Source: a virus. Taken from it: a DNA stretch of 64,000 nucleotides. Under the pieces are notes generated by a model that saw nothing but the letters and a program-made list of their open reading frames with translations, searched no databases and had not been told where the DNA came from. Each line of letters opens with the position of its first letter. The first letter of the stretch is position 1. A program made the position numbers and the translations under genes. This document shows, in pieces, positions 49,379 through 60,369 of this stretch. The stretch covers positions 34,692 through 98,691 of the IMG/VR virus record IMGVR_UViG_3300028048_000053; one strand, given 5' to 3'.

Positions 49379-50691
49379 TGGACTATACTGCCAAAGATAT
49401 AGTTTCTCTATCTGCTGGAAGAGCTTTTCGTGAAAAATTAGGTATGTATCTTTCCGCTGATAAACAGGAAGCTATTAATTTAGGATTAAGAGAATTAATT
49501 GTAAATGTTCAAGATGAATATGAGGTTTACAAACCAAGTAATCCAAAACTTATAATTACACTCGATACCAAATCCCACGAAATAAATGTAGAAGATAATA
49601 TGCGCGGAATCCCAGTGGGTTTGCGAGAAGATGGAATTAATTCTTTAACTGCGGCATTTCTTATTCCTCATTCAGGAGGAAAACATACTGAAGGAGTTTA
49701 TTCAAGCGCTGTTGGTATAAACGGAGAAGGAAACAAAATTGTATGCCACACAGCAGAATGGCTCGAAGTTGAAGTTCATAGAGATGGAAAGATATATAGA
49801 CAACGCTTTGAATCAGACGACGAAGGCGCTCATGCAATGTCAGATGTGACAGAAACACAACCAGTTAGTGGCACTGGAACTTTTATCTCATATAAGCCAG
49901 ACCCAAAGGTATATGGAGATATTTTTATTGATATAGATGCTTTACGAAAAATGCTGCATGAAATGTCTATGTTCTCTACTGGACTGAGAATTGAGTTATG
50001 GGTAGATAATAAACCTGAAATTTTTTATTCAGAAAGTGGATTAATTGATGGTTTATCTACCGAAAATCGACTTTCAAAACCATTTTCTTATTATTATGAA
50101 ACTCCTGATTGTAAAGTTGAATTAGCTTTACAATGGGTAAGTAAAAAGGGTGAAATTAGAGGTTACGCAAATAATCTTTATATGCCCGACGGAGGAGCTT
50201 TTATTACAGGATTTAAATCTTCGCTAACAAGAACTTTTAATTCTCTTGCTGGAGAAAAATTTGATAGCGACGCTATTAGAAATGTTTTAGACGGCTTTGT
50301 AAGTGTAAAAGTTAAAATGGGACAGTTTACGAATCAACAAAAAACAGCTTTAGCCAATCCAGAAGCACGAACAGCCACTTCAACAGCCATTTCTAATGCT
50401 TTAAAAGAGTATCAACATGACAGACCTAAAGACTTTGCGCAAGTCGTCGAATTACTTACTAAACTCTCGCGTGCGGAAGCCGCTGCCGAGAGAGCGCGTA
50501 AGCAAGTCTTAGAGGCTACTAAAGACATTGAGCGAAATCAGAAGAAGAAGGTCTTTGCCAGTGATAAGTTAAAAGATGCCGAATATTTAGGTCAAAATTC
50601 AACCCTCCTTATAGTGGAAGGAAATTCTGCTCTGGGCGGAATGGCTCAAGCAAGAGACCCTTCAAAATTTGGCCTTCTGGCAATTAGGGGT
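49378..50691 (+). CDS. DNA topoisomerase II large subunit (T4 gp39/GyrB-like), exon 1
   Basis: GyrB ATPase region ending at the conserved ..GLLAIRG|K site; the stop TAA immediately after belongs to the intron. Confidence 0.7.
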
Positions 50692-51946
50692 AAATAAAAT
50701 TGCCCCAACTTACCTAACCAATTCATTATTGGGGTCTATAAAATATTATAGGCTAACGGGGAAACCTGACCAGTTTCTAAAAGTGGCTCTTTTAGTTAAG
50801 ATGAAGGCAATCCCGTGAGGACTTGTGAATTTGTTCATAGAAAAATTAGAAAAGAGGTGAAAAGATTAAATGGAAAAAGGACAAAAATTTGGTTTATTAA
50901 CACTAATTAAAGAAGTGCCTAGACCCGAGGGTAAAAATAGAAAAGGTAAATATTGGTTATGTCAATGCGACTGTGGAAATCAATGTATTAAATATCATTA
51001 TGATATTAGCCGTGGCGATACAAAATCTTGTGGCTGTCTGCAACACCGAAAACCGATTTATGATAAAAACGAACATGAAATTTCTAATCATGCCGGTATT
51101 TATGGTTTTCAAAATGTTTTTAATGGGCACTGGTACATTGGAAAAGCGAAAAATTTATATAACCGATACTGCCGTCATAAAAACGATTGGCAAACACATC
51201 AAGAAAAACAATTTTATCAAGCAATTAAAAAATATGGTTGGGATTCTTTTAATTATTATATATTAAAAGAATATTTAGAAATGCCGACTAGAGAAGAGCT
51301 TTCAGAACAAGAAGAATATTTTATTCAAAAATATGATTCTTATAAAAATGGATATAATGCTTCTTATATAAGTAGTGGAGGATTTTATTCAGAAGAGCAT
51401 CAGGAAAAATGTACCCAGATTTTAAAAAATTTAAACCAAAAACAAAAGAATGAAAATCATCCAAATACAGATTTTACAAAAAACGAAATTTTAGATATTT
51501 TTCATTTTGCAATGTTAGGTGCCCCAGTAAAAGAAATTTATGAGAAATATAAACATCATGACATTTCGTATGAAGGCTTCAAACAGATTTATAGAGGTCA
51601 ACATTTTCGAGATTATTTACCAAATAGTTGGGAGTCAAGACCTGTTGTTGCAACAAATTCAAAACTATGGGGAATAGATGTAATTGATATAAAAACACGT
51701 CTACTTAAAGGAGAAGATATTCAATCTATCTACCAAGATTATAAAGAGAAATGCTCTTTGGCAGTCATACAAAATATTAAAAACAATAAAACTTATAAAC
51801 AAATTCACCCTTGTATCGACTAATCGCGTTGTTGCGATGTAAGATTTCTATTAATACGAAATCTGAAAAGGTAAGCACCATAAACTAGAATAGCCAACTA
51901 GTTGGTGAAAAGTTAGTCAGTCCCAGTAGAAATACTGGATAAGATG
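50692..51946 (+). ncRNA. group I intron (1255 nt) in the topoisomerase II gene, carrying a homing-endonuclease ORF
   Basis: Exon 1 ends GGGGT; an IGS GCCCC lies 10 nt into the intron (P1 with a U.G at the splice site); the intron ends ...GATAAGATG (omega-G); exon 2 restores LRGK|ILNV-type continuity (..IRGK|IINAMSNNEE..EEIKLLLSALN); 3-prime region contains TAGTC. Confidence 0.65.
50870..51823 (+). CDS. Zn-ribbon plus GIY-YIG homing endonuclease (intron-encoded, no TAG)
   Basis: KFGLLTLI...WLCQCDCGN..SCGC zinc ribbon, then GIYGFQNVFNGHWYIGKAKNLYNRYCRHK..AIKKYGWDSFNYYIL GIY-YIG core; 317 aa. Confidence 0.75.
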   Translation: MEKGQKFGLLTLIKEVPRPEGKNRKGKYWLCQCDCGNQCIKYHYDISRGDTKSCGCLQHRKPIYDKNEHEISNHAGIYGFQNVFNGHWYIGKAKNLYNRYCRHKNDWQTHQEKQFYQAIKKYGWDSFNYYILKEYLEMPTREELSEQEEYFIQKYDSYKNGYNASYISSGGFYSEEHQEKCTQILKNLNQKQKNENHPNTDFTKNEILDIFHFAMLGAPVKEIYEKYKHHDISYEGFKQIYRGQHFRDYLPNSWESRPVVATNSKLWGIDVIDIKTRLLKGEDIQSIYQDYKEKCSLAVIQNIKNNKTYKQIHPCID

Positions 51947-52483
51947 AAAATTATAAATGCCATGTCAAACAACGAAGAGGATATTTATCAAAACGAAGAA
52001 ATTAAGCTCTTGCTTAGTGCTTTGAATATTACACCGGGCAAGTATGATGCTAAAAAGCTAAGATATGGAAAGCTAGGTATTTGCGTGGATGCGGACGCAG
52101 ATGGTGGGCATATAGCATTATTAATCATGGCCGCAATGACGTATCTCGCTCCAGATTTTATTAAAGAAGGGCGTTTATGCTGGTTACGTTCTCCTTTGTA
52201 TATTGTAAACAATAGAGGAAATGAAACGTATTATTTTTCCGATGAAGAATACAATAAAGTTCGTGGAAAAATAAAAGGGGAAGTAACTAGAAATAAAGGA
52301 TTAGGTGAATTATCAGCAGAGTCGGCCCGTAAATCCATGTTTGACCCAGAATATCAAAGACTGGACATTTTAGAGTATGACCCGCACGCGATTGAGCTAT
52401 TGACACAGTTAATGGGCTCTGATGTAACTCCACGAAAAGATTTTATTTTTAAAAATGTTGATTTTAGCACAATTTCAGAGTAA
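51947..52483 (+). CDS. DNA topoisomerase II large subunit, exon 2 (Toprim region)
   Basis: KIINAMSNNEEDIYQNEEIKLLLSALN... then Toprim motif LGICVDADADGGHIALLIMAAM; exons 1 plus 2 give 617 codons in frame. Confidence 0.7.
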   Translation, partial: KIINAMSNNEEDIYQNEEIKLLLSALNITPGKYDAKKLRYGKLGICVDADADGGHIALLIMAAMTYLAPDFIKEGRLCWLRSPLYIVNNRGNETYYFSDEEYNKVRGKIKGEVTRNKGLGELSAESARKSMFDPEYQRLDILEYDPHAIELLTQLMGSDVTPRKDFIFKNVDFSTISE

Positions 52484-52493
52484 GGAGAATTAA

Positions 52494-54839
52494 ATGAGTG
52501 ATTTAAAAGAAATTATAGAGCAATCTTTCACTCAATATAGTGGAGCAGTATTGCAAAGTCGTGCCCTTATAGATGTAAGAGATTGTCTAAAACCATCTGC
52601 ACGGCAAATTTTTTACGCACTATTCACGGATAAGTTTACTTACGACAAACCTCATAAAAAGACTCTAAAGGCTGTTGGTTCGCTTTCTCGATATTATATT
52701 CACGGTGATTCAAGCGCTGTTGGAGTTCTTATGAGGGCAGGCCAGCCGTTTGCTATGAGATATCCCCTTATAGATGTAAAAGGTAATGCGGGCAATCTTA
52801 TGGAATCTGGTAACTGGGCACATCAGCGTTATACCGAAAGTCGTTTAAGTGAACTTTCTAACTATTTATTCGCTGACATTGATAAAAATACAATTAATGA
52901 TTGGCGAGATAATTATGATAATACAGAACAATATCCAGGAGTGCTTCCTAGTAAAGGATATTATAATATAGTAAATGGCACTCTTGGAATTGGAACTGGT
53001 CTTGCGTCCAGCATACCGCAGTTTAACCTGCGCGAAATTAATAACGCTCTTATCTATTTGCTTCAGCATCCAGATTGTGATTTTGAAGAAATTTACTGCG
53101 CGCCAGATTTTGCTACTGGTGGATTATTGCTAAATGAGCAGGACGTAAAAGAATCGCTTAAAAATGGTAACGGCCCAGCTTGTAAACTGCGGTCGGTAAT
53201 AGAGTATGATATTTCAGACCATTGCCTGGTAGTAAAAGAAATTCCCTATGGAGTTTATACTAATACTATCTGCGGCCAGCTTGAACAAATTATTGAAGCC
53301 GACGATAATCCTGGTATTGATAGATTTAATGATTTAACAGGTGAAAAGGTTAATATTAAAATCTATCTTCATAAAAATATTAATCCGGATAGAGTAATTA
53401 AGTATCTTTATAAGAATACTGCATTACAATATTATTATGGAATTAATATGACAATGCTTGACAATGGTAAATTTCCAAAAGTATTCACCTGGAAAGAGGC
53501 TCTGCAAGCTCATATCGACCATGAAAAAATTATTTATAGAAATGGCTTTGAATATGACTTAAATAAAATTAAGCATCGTATTCATATCATTGACGGGTTA
53601 TTAATTTGTCTTGCTTCTATTGATGAAGTGGTACATACTATCAAGTCTTCTGAGAATACCTCTGCAGCAAGTCTGGCTTTACAGAAAAACTTTTTGTTAG
53701 ATGCCGAACAAGCGAAAGCCGTTCTTGATATGAAACTTAGCCGTTTGGCAAACTTAGAGGTCAAAAAGCTTGAAAATGAAAGACAAGACCTTGACCAGAA
53801 GAGACAAGAGATTGAAAGAATCTTAAATGATGAAGAGTTGTTTAATCAAGAGTTAATCAAAGGATGGCAGGAAGTAAGTAAAAAATTTGGCGACGACAGA
53901 CGTACTAAGATTGTTAAACTCGCAGAAGAAAATGAAAATGGAGAGTTGCAGGATATTGTTGCCGAAAATTGTATCGTTGTATTAACCGAGGGCAACACCC
54001 TGAAGCGTATACCCACGAAGAACTTTACCGCCCAAAAGAGAAATGGTAAGGGTGTAAAGAATCAAGAAGATATTACTTCTATGATTATTAGAACTAATAC
54101 TCTTGATAATCTAATGATTTTTACCAACAAGGGAAATATGTATCGTCTTCTTGTTGATGAAATTCCAGAAGGGACTAATTCATCTAGAGGTTACCCCATT
54201 GATGCTCTTGTATCCATGCAGGCAGACGAGCAGGCGCAAGTAATTTATTCTATTTACAGAGACACCAATGCTCAGTATATTTGTTTTGTTACTAAGCAAG
54301 GAAATATTAAAAAGACCAGTTTGGAAGATTATTTAAAAACCAAGAAAAAGAATGGTATTGCCGCAATTAGCCTGCGCGAAGGGGATAGTTTAGCATCTGC
54401 CTTTTTAGCAAAGGATGAAGATGTTATTATCTTGACAAGAAATGGCTATGGAATTAAGATAGCTTCTAAAGAAATCTCCGCTTCTGGACGTGTAACAATG
54501 GGCGTTAAGGGAATTACACTTGGTAAAGATGATGAAGTAGTATGTGCACTCCCGATTAGAGATTCGAATGATTCACTCGCGGTCTTCGCGGAAGCCGGAA
54601 CAGCTAAGAAATTCCCGATTAAGGAAATCACTCTACAAAATCGTGGAGGTAAAGGACTTATTTATAGTAAGGAACCTGCGGCCGCCGCCTGTTTAATCTC
54701 TGATGGAGATACAGTGCTTGTAGTGGGAAATAAAAATTCGATTTGTGTAAAAGCAGAAGATATTCCAGTAGGCCAAAGAACCACTATGGGCAATCAAATT
54801 ATTAAAGGTAGTAAGGTTATCGGAGTGAGTAAAGTATGA
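52494..54839 (+). CDS. DNA topoisomerase II subunit A (T4 gp52 / GyrA-ParC-like)
   Basis: DVRDCLKPSARQIFYA (GyrA RDGLKP..R motif), 781 aa, no TAG. Confidence 0.8.
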   Translation: MSDLKEIIEQSFTQYSGAVLQSRALIDVRDCLKPSARQIFYALFTDKFTYDKPHKKTLKAVGSLSRYYIHGDSSAVGVLMRAGQPFAMRYPLIDVKGNAGNLMESGNWAHQRYTESRLSELSNYLFADIDKNTINDWRDNYDNTEQYPGVLPSKGYYNIVNGTLGIGTGLASSIPQFNLREINNALIYLLQHPDCDFEEIYCAPDFATGGLLLNEQDVKESLKNGNGPACKLRSVIEYDISDHCLVVKEIPYGVYTNTICGQLEQIIEADDNPGIDRFNDLTGEKVNIKIYLHKNINPDRVIKYLYKNTALQYYYGINMTMLDNGKFPKVFTWKEALQAHIDHEKIIYRNGFEYDLNKIKHRIHIIDGLLICLASIDEVVHTIKSSENTSAASLALQKNFLLDAEQAKAVLDMKLSRLANLEVKKLENERQDLDQKRQEIERILNDEELFNQELIKGWQEVSKKFGDDRRTKIVKLAEENENGELQDIVAENCIVVLTEGNTLKRIPTKNFTAQKRNGKGVKNQEDITSMIIRTNTLDNLMIFTNKGNMYRLLVDEIPEGTNSSRGYPIDALVSMQADEQAQVIYSIYRDTNAQYICFVTKQGNIKKTSLEDYLKTKKKNGIAAISLREGDSLASAFLAKDEDVIILTRNGYGIKIASKEISASGRVTMGVKGITLGKDDEVVCALPIRDSNDSLAVFAEAGTAKKFPIKEITLQNRGGKGLIYSKEPAAAACLISDGDTVLVVGNKNSICVKAEDIPVGQRTTMGNQIIKGSKVIGVSKV

Positions 54840-55018
54840 ATTTAAAAGATTTTTGTTTTTATAAAAATCAATTTGAAGAGTTAAAACAAGTTGTAGAGGA
54901 ATACCCAATAACAATGGAACAAATCGTTTTGTGTGCAAAAGAGCTTGGCAAAATCGCGGAGTATGGTAAACTTGGGGTTTACTATCACATATTGTTCGAT
55001 GGCGCTCACTCAACTTGA
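54836..55018 (+). CDS. small hypothetical protein
   Basis: ORF track 60 aa, ATGA overlap with the topo gene. Confidence 0.4.
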   Translation: MNLKDFCFYKNQFEELKQVVEEYPITMEQIVLCAKELGKIAEYGKLGVYYHILFDGAHST

Positions 55019-55158
55019 ATAATTAAAAAATTTTTTATATAATAATCGTAGATTAAGGAGATAAAAATTCTTTATAAAAAACTAATGGAGAATGGGACGA
55101 AAATGATTAATTTATTATTAACATTTTTCATATAATTATGAAAGGTGATGATAATAAA

Positions 55159-55935
55159 ATGGAAAAAGACGAAATTAATTTAGGAAAAGCAGAAGATTTG
55201 CGAGGATAGCGTTTTGGGTTTTTAGAACCGCAATATAGAACAAAAAATATTGGTAAACATACAGCATGGAAATGTAAATGTGTTAGAGATAATAATTTAG
55301 TATCAGTGAGAATAGACCATTTAAAAGAGGGTAGAGTAATATCTTGTGGTTGCTATAATAAAGAATAGGCTAAATAGAAAATAACTAAATTATAGTATAA
55401 AGGTAAAAATATGAAAGATATTACTGGACTTAAAAGTGGTTTTTTAATTGCTATTGAGCCAACTGAAAAAAGAATTTCTTATGGAGCAAACAATTCTAGA
55501 GTTGTATGGAAATGTCAATGTTTAAGTCCAATACATAAAATACCAGTTTTTTGTGAAGCAACTACGACTGATATTACTACAAAAAATAAATTATCTTGTG
55601 GTTGTATTAAATCGTATGGCGAGGGAAGAATAATAGAAATTTTATTACAAAATAATATTTTATTTGAATAGCAAAAAACTTTTGACACTTGTCGTTTTCC
55701 AAAAACAAATTATTTAGCATATTTTGATTTTTACCTACCAAAATATAATATTTTAATTGAATTTGATGGTAAGTAGCATTATTTATAGAATGCTGGATGG
55801 AATGAGTCATTAGAGAGTATTTAGGAAAGAGATAATTATAAAAATCAATGGTGTAGAGAACATAATATTTAGTTAATTAGAATCCCATACTGGGAAAGAG
55901 ATAATATAACATTAAAGGATATTATTTATGAATGA
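55159..55935 (+). CDS. Zn-ribbon plus PD-(D/E)xK (DUF559-like) nuclease, paralog of 17455 (about 10 in-frame TAG)
   Basis: Single frame from ATG 55159 to TGA 55933-55935; W.C.C...SCGC ribbons; LIEFDGK-TAG-HY ... LIRIPYWERDNITL. Confidence 0.6.
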
Positions 55936-57847
55936 AATAGACACAATGAAAAATATAGTTAAAACTCTAAATAAATATACAGAATTATATGATTTAGGGT
56001 GTCCCGTAGTTAGTGACAAGGAATGGGATAACCTTTATTTCCAACTTCTTGAAATGGAACGAAAGACTGGTATAATTTATCCCGATTCTCCTACTCAAAC
56101 AATTAGTTACGAGGTAGTAAACAAGCTTTCAAAAGTAGAACATAGTCATAAAATGCTATCTTTAGAAAAAACCAAAAACGTGGATGAAGTTGAGGCTTTT
56201 TTAGGCAATAATGATTATGTGGTTATGGCAAAATTAGATGGACTTACGTGCTCTCTAACTTACGAAAACGGAGAGTTGGTACTGGCAGAAACCAGGGGGA
56301 ACGGAGTAGTAGGAGAAGATGTAACTCACAATGCAAAAGTTATATCTTCTATTCCACAAAAAATCAATTATAAAGAAACTTTAATCGTTGATGGTGAAAT
56401 TATATGTTTTGAGTCAGATTTTGTTGATTTTTCTCAAGATTATAAAAATCCACGCAATTTTGCGGCCGGGTCAATTAGACTTTTAGATGCCAAAGAGTGC
56501 GCTGGCCGCAAACTTTCTTTTATAGCTTGGGATATGATAAAGGGATATGACGAAGAAGATTTATTTACCAATAGATTAAATTTACTTCAAAATTTAGGAT
56601 TTCAAACAGTACCTTGGATAAAAGAAAATCCGATTTATGCTATAGCAGACATGAAAGACTATTGTCAGCATAACAATTATCCAATAGATGGTGTCGTTTT
56701 TAAATTTGAAAGTGTAAAGTTTGGTAAATCTTTGGGAGAAACTTCACACCATTTTAAGAATGCCATTGCCTATAAGTTTGCTGACGATGAATATGAGACC
56801 GTTCTACGAGATATAGAATGGTCAATGGGAAGAACTGGAATTTTAACTCCTGTAGCAATTTTTGACCCAGTGGATATGGATGGTAGCTTAGTGTCTAGAG
56901 CAAATTTGCACAACATTAACATACTAACAGATATTCTTGGAGAACCTTATGTCGGACAAAAGATTTGGATAATCAAGAGTAATATGATTATTCCGCAGGT
57001 TATTAGGTCAGAGATAGTTAAAGAACATAATTCTACAATTCCATTTATTGCAAAATGTCCATGCTGCGGCGAACCAACCTCGATTATTGAATCGGACAGT
57101 GGAACTAAAGAACTATATTGTTCTAATCCATTGTGTAGTGGAAAGCTAATTAATAGATTAGACCACTATCTTGGTAAGAAGGGCTTGGACGCAAAAGGTA
57201 TTTCAGAAGCAACCTTAGAAAAATTAATTGAATGGGGCTGGGTGTCCAATATCGAGGATATTTATAGTCTTTATTTATTTAAAGATGAATGGAAGAAAAA
57301 GCCCGGTTTTGGAGAAAAATCCGTTAATAATATTTTAGAAAGCATCAATAATAGTAAAACAACCACTCTTACTAAATTTATCACTGCTATTGGAATTCCA
57401 CTGATTGGAAACGCAATGGCAAAAACCTTGTCTAATTATTTTAAAACATGGGAAGCGTTTAGAGAAGCAGTAAAAACTGGTTTTGATTTTTCTAAATTGG
57501 ATGATTTTGGTCTTATTACTTCAGAAGCAATTTTAAATTTTGATTATACAGAAGCAGATAAACTTTATCTATATCTTAATCTTGAGATAGAAGATGTTCC
57601 AGTTTCTAATAAGTTAGAAGGCAAAAAGATTGCAATTACAGGAACACTTCATAATTTTAAAAATCGTTCGGAATTACAAGCTGTAATCGAACAAGCAGGG
57701 GGAAAAGTGGTCTCATCTGTTACAAAAAATACAAGTATTTTAATTAACAATGATACTGCGTCAGCCTCAAGCAAAAATATAACTGCCAAAAAACTGAATA
57801 TTCCTATCATTACAGAAGAACAGTTTATGACGGATTATATTGACTAA
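55928..57847 (+). CDS. ligA: NAD-dependent DNA ligase LigA
   Basis: KLDGLTCSL (KxDG), ETRGNG, OB and zinc (CPCCGE...C) regions, C-terminal BRCT (KKIAITGTL..RSELQAVIEQAGGKV); 639 aa, no TAG. Confidence 0.8.
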   Translation: MNEIDTMKNIVKTLNKYTELYDLGCPVVSDKEWDNLYFQLLEMERKTGIIYPDSPTQTISYEVVNKLSKVEHSHKMLSLEKTKNVDEVEAFLGNNDYVVMAKLDGLTCSLTYENGELVLAETRGNGVVGEDVTHNAKVISSIPQKINYKETLIVDGEIICFESDFVDFSQDYKNPRNFAAGSIRLLDAKECAGRKLSFIAWDMIKGYDEEDLFTNRLNLLQNLGFQTVPWIKENPIYAIADMKDYCQHNNYPIDGVVFKFESVKFGKSLGETSHHFKNAIAYKFADDEYETVLRDIEWSMGRTGILTPVAIFDPVDMDGSLVSRANLHNINILTDILGEPYVGQKIWIIKSNMIIPQVIRSEIVKEHNSTIPFIAKCPCCGEPTSIIESDSGTKELYCSNPLCSGKLINRLDHYLGKKGLDAKGISEATLEKLIEWGWVSNIEDIYSLYLFKDEWKKKPGFGEKSVNNILESINNSKTTTLTKFITAIGIPLIGNAMAKTLSNYFKTWEAFREAVKTGFDFSKLDDFGLITSEAILNFDYTEADKLYLYLNLEIEDVPVSNKLEGKKIAITGTLHNFKNRSELQAVIEQAGGKVVSSVTKNTSILINNDTASASSKNITAKKLNIPIITEEQFMTDYID

Positions 57848-57901
57848 CAAAAAAATTTTTTATATAATAAAAATGTAAAAAATGAGGATGAAAAAAATTA
57901 A

Positions 57902-58087
57902 ATGAAGAAAAAAGAGTTAAAGCAGTTAGCTCAAAAAATTGCTGATGCTGAATTAAACATTCAACGAAACGAAAACGTGGAAGAATCCAAAGAATTGATT
58001 ATGAAACTAACAAGCCAAGTTGATTGGCAATATTTAGATTAGTTGGATGAATTAATTCAAACACTTCTTCACAAATCCGAAAATTAA
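57902..58087 (+). CDS. small hypothetical protein (one in-frame TAG)
   Basis: ATG 57902 to TAA 58085-58087. Confidence 0.35.
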
Positions 58088-58139
58088 TTTTTTTACAAAA
58101 AACAAAATATTTTATTTATTAAAAGGAGATTATGTAATT

Positions 58140-58406
58140 ATGGCTATGAAAGAGAATTCGAAGAAAGTTTTGTTATATCTAAAGGGTATTAACGGTCAGG
58201 ACGTGACTGCCGCAGACGTTGCTGAGGCTCTGGGTCTTGAGAAGCGTTCCGTTGATGGTATTTTTACCTCTGCTATTCAGCGCAAGGGTCTGGGTGTTCG
58301 CACCGAGGCAGAAATCGAGCTTCCTGATGGTAAGCATCGCGCAGTTAAATTTTTGTCTCTAACTCCCGCCGGAATGGCTTTCGACCCCGATAGTGATGAG
58401 GACTAA
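58140..58406 (+). CDS. small hypothetical protein
   Basis: ORF track 88 aa; RBS AAAGGAGA. Confidence 0.55.
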   Translation: MAMKENSKKVLLYLKGINGQDVTAADVAEALGLEKRSVDGIFTSAIQRKGLGVRTEAEIELPDGKHRAVKFLSLTPAGMAFDPDSDED

Positions 58407-58505
58407 TTTTAGGCCAAAAGCTGTTAGTTTATATTTTATAAAACCGATATTATATCGGGAGGAATTTTCTTCCTCCCGATAATTTATATATGGAGGCTTT
58501 GTAAG

Positions 58506-59435
58506 ATGCCAGTAATTGATTTATTAGGAAAGAAATTTGGTAAATTAACAGTTTTAGAAAGAGACATGTCTAAAACCGGTGGAGCAGCATATTGGATTTG
58601 TAAATGTGACTGTGGTAATATTATTTCTACAAGAGGAACATCTTTACGGGACGGCTCAAAACAAGATTGTGGATGCATAAATAAGGAAAAAAGAAGAAAT
58701 AATGTTGACATTACAAAATATATAGGTTAGCGCTTTGGAAGATTCGTTGTTAAAGAAAGAGATCTTACTAAACCTATAGGACATGGAAATTCTTCTTGGT
58801 GGATATGTCAATGCGACTGTGGAAATATTAAGTCCTGTGATATTACACAATTAAAACGAGGAAATATTTAGTCTTGTGGTTGTTTAAAAACTGAAATGTT
58901 AAACAAAAGAAATATAAAGGATATAACAAATTAGCGTTTTGGAATGGTAGTAGCAAAAAAAAATACTTATCAAAAAAGCACCCACAATAGCTACATTTGG
59001 TAGTGTGAGTGTGATTGCGGTAATACTGAGTATTTTGTATCAGCAGAATCACTATTATCTGGAAAGATTCATTCTTGCGGTTGTAATACAAGATCCTATG
59101 GAGAACGAAAGATAAATGAATTATTGCTACAAAATAATATATTATTTATTCAAGAATTTAAATTTTTGGATTCTGATATTTCAAAATTAAGATATGATTT
59201 TGCTATTGTCGATAATAACTATAAGCCAATACGCTTAATTGAATTTGATGGAGAATAGCATTTTAAGCCAAAAGAATGTTTTGGCGGAGAAAAAGCTTTT
59301 CAAATATAGTAGCAGCACGATATGTTAAAAAATCAATATGCTAAAAAAAAGAATATTCCATTAGTACGTATCCCCTACTATGAATTAAACAATATTACAT
59401 TAGAAATGATAATGGGGGATGAATTTTTAACATGA
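58506..59435 (+). CDS. Zn-ribbon plus PD-(D/E)xK (DUF559-like) nuclease, third paralog (about 9 in-frame TAG including two consecutive)
   Basis: Single frame from ATG 58506 to TGA 59433-59435; W.CKCDCGN..DCGC ribbons x3; IEFDGE-TAG-HF ... QI-TAG-TAG-QHD ... PLVRIPYYELNNITL. Confidence 0.6.
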
Positions 59436-60259
59436 CTATATTATATATTTTACTAGGTCTAATAGCGGGTAGTCTTGGGGTATATCTGCTATTAAGGCCC
59501 AAATTAAAATTAACAGTTTAGAAAAATCTTGCTATTGAGTAGGAGAACCAAAAGCTTGAAATCGAAAATGCTAATTTAAATAGCATGAAGAAAGATAAAG
59601 AAGAGTTATTGCACTAGGCCGAAAAAGAATATCTTGCCATGGGTGCCAAAAGAGAGGAAATAAGAGAATCTCTTGAGAATCTAAAGGAGACGCAAACCAA
59701 GGCTGCTGACGATATTTTTGTTTTGGCGAGACAAAATGCTGAGTAGGCTTTTGATAATGAAGTTGAAAGAATTAATCAAGAGCTAGAAGCCAATAGAGAG
59801 CAAGCCGACAAGGAATACAAACAAACTTTAAAAGAGTTAGTTGAAGATTTTTCTAAAGAGGCTGCGGCCGCAGGTTTAGAGCTCTCTAAGCTCAGACAAG
59901 AGTTGGCAGAAACAAAGTCTATAGTAGATAGCGCGGTTGCCGACCGCAAACGAGCCATCGAAATGGAAGAAAAAAGCGACTTTTATAAGCTATAGCTATC
60001 TCACGAAGATATATAGGAGATAGCTAAATTAAGAGAAGTATTACCCTATCTCCGGGACAAAGAGCCTTTAAATAAGGTTATCTATAAAGTATATTATGAA
60101 AAGCCATATACCGATTTGGTTGGCCGAGTATTAGGATAGGGTAAGCGCACTGGTATTTATAAAATTACCAATACTAAAAACGGTATGTGTTATGTGGGAC
60201 AAGCGGTCAAATATCGGCCGGTGAAAAACTTTTCCTAGTTGCTGCTAGGGGTCATTTAA
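59432..60259 (+). CDS. membrane-anchored coiled-coil protein; its last roughly 35 codons encode an N-terminal GIY-YIG motif fragment
   Basis: N-terminal TM helix (MTILYILLGLIAGSLGVYLLL), long coiled coil, then ...GKRTGIYKITNTKNGMCYVGQAVKYR; about 8 in-frame TAG; TAA 60257-60259. Confidence 0.45.
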
Positions 60260-60369
60260 TATTAAATGGCTAACGAGGAATGATATTAAAATATAGAATC
60301 TCGTGGGAAATTTTGTATAATTCATCTTTCACAAGCTTTAAATAGATATGAAGGGTGGTTGAAAATAAC

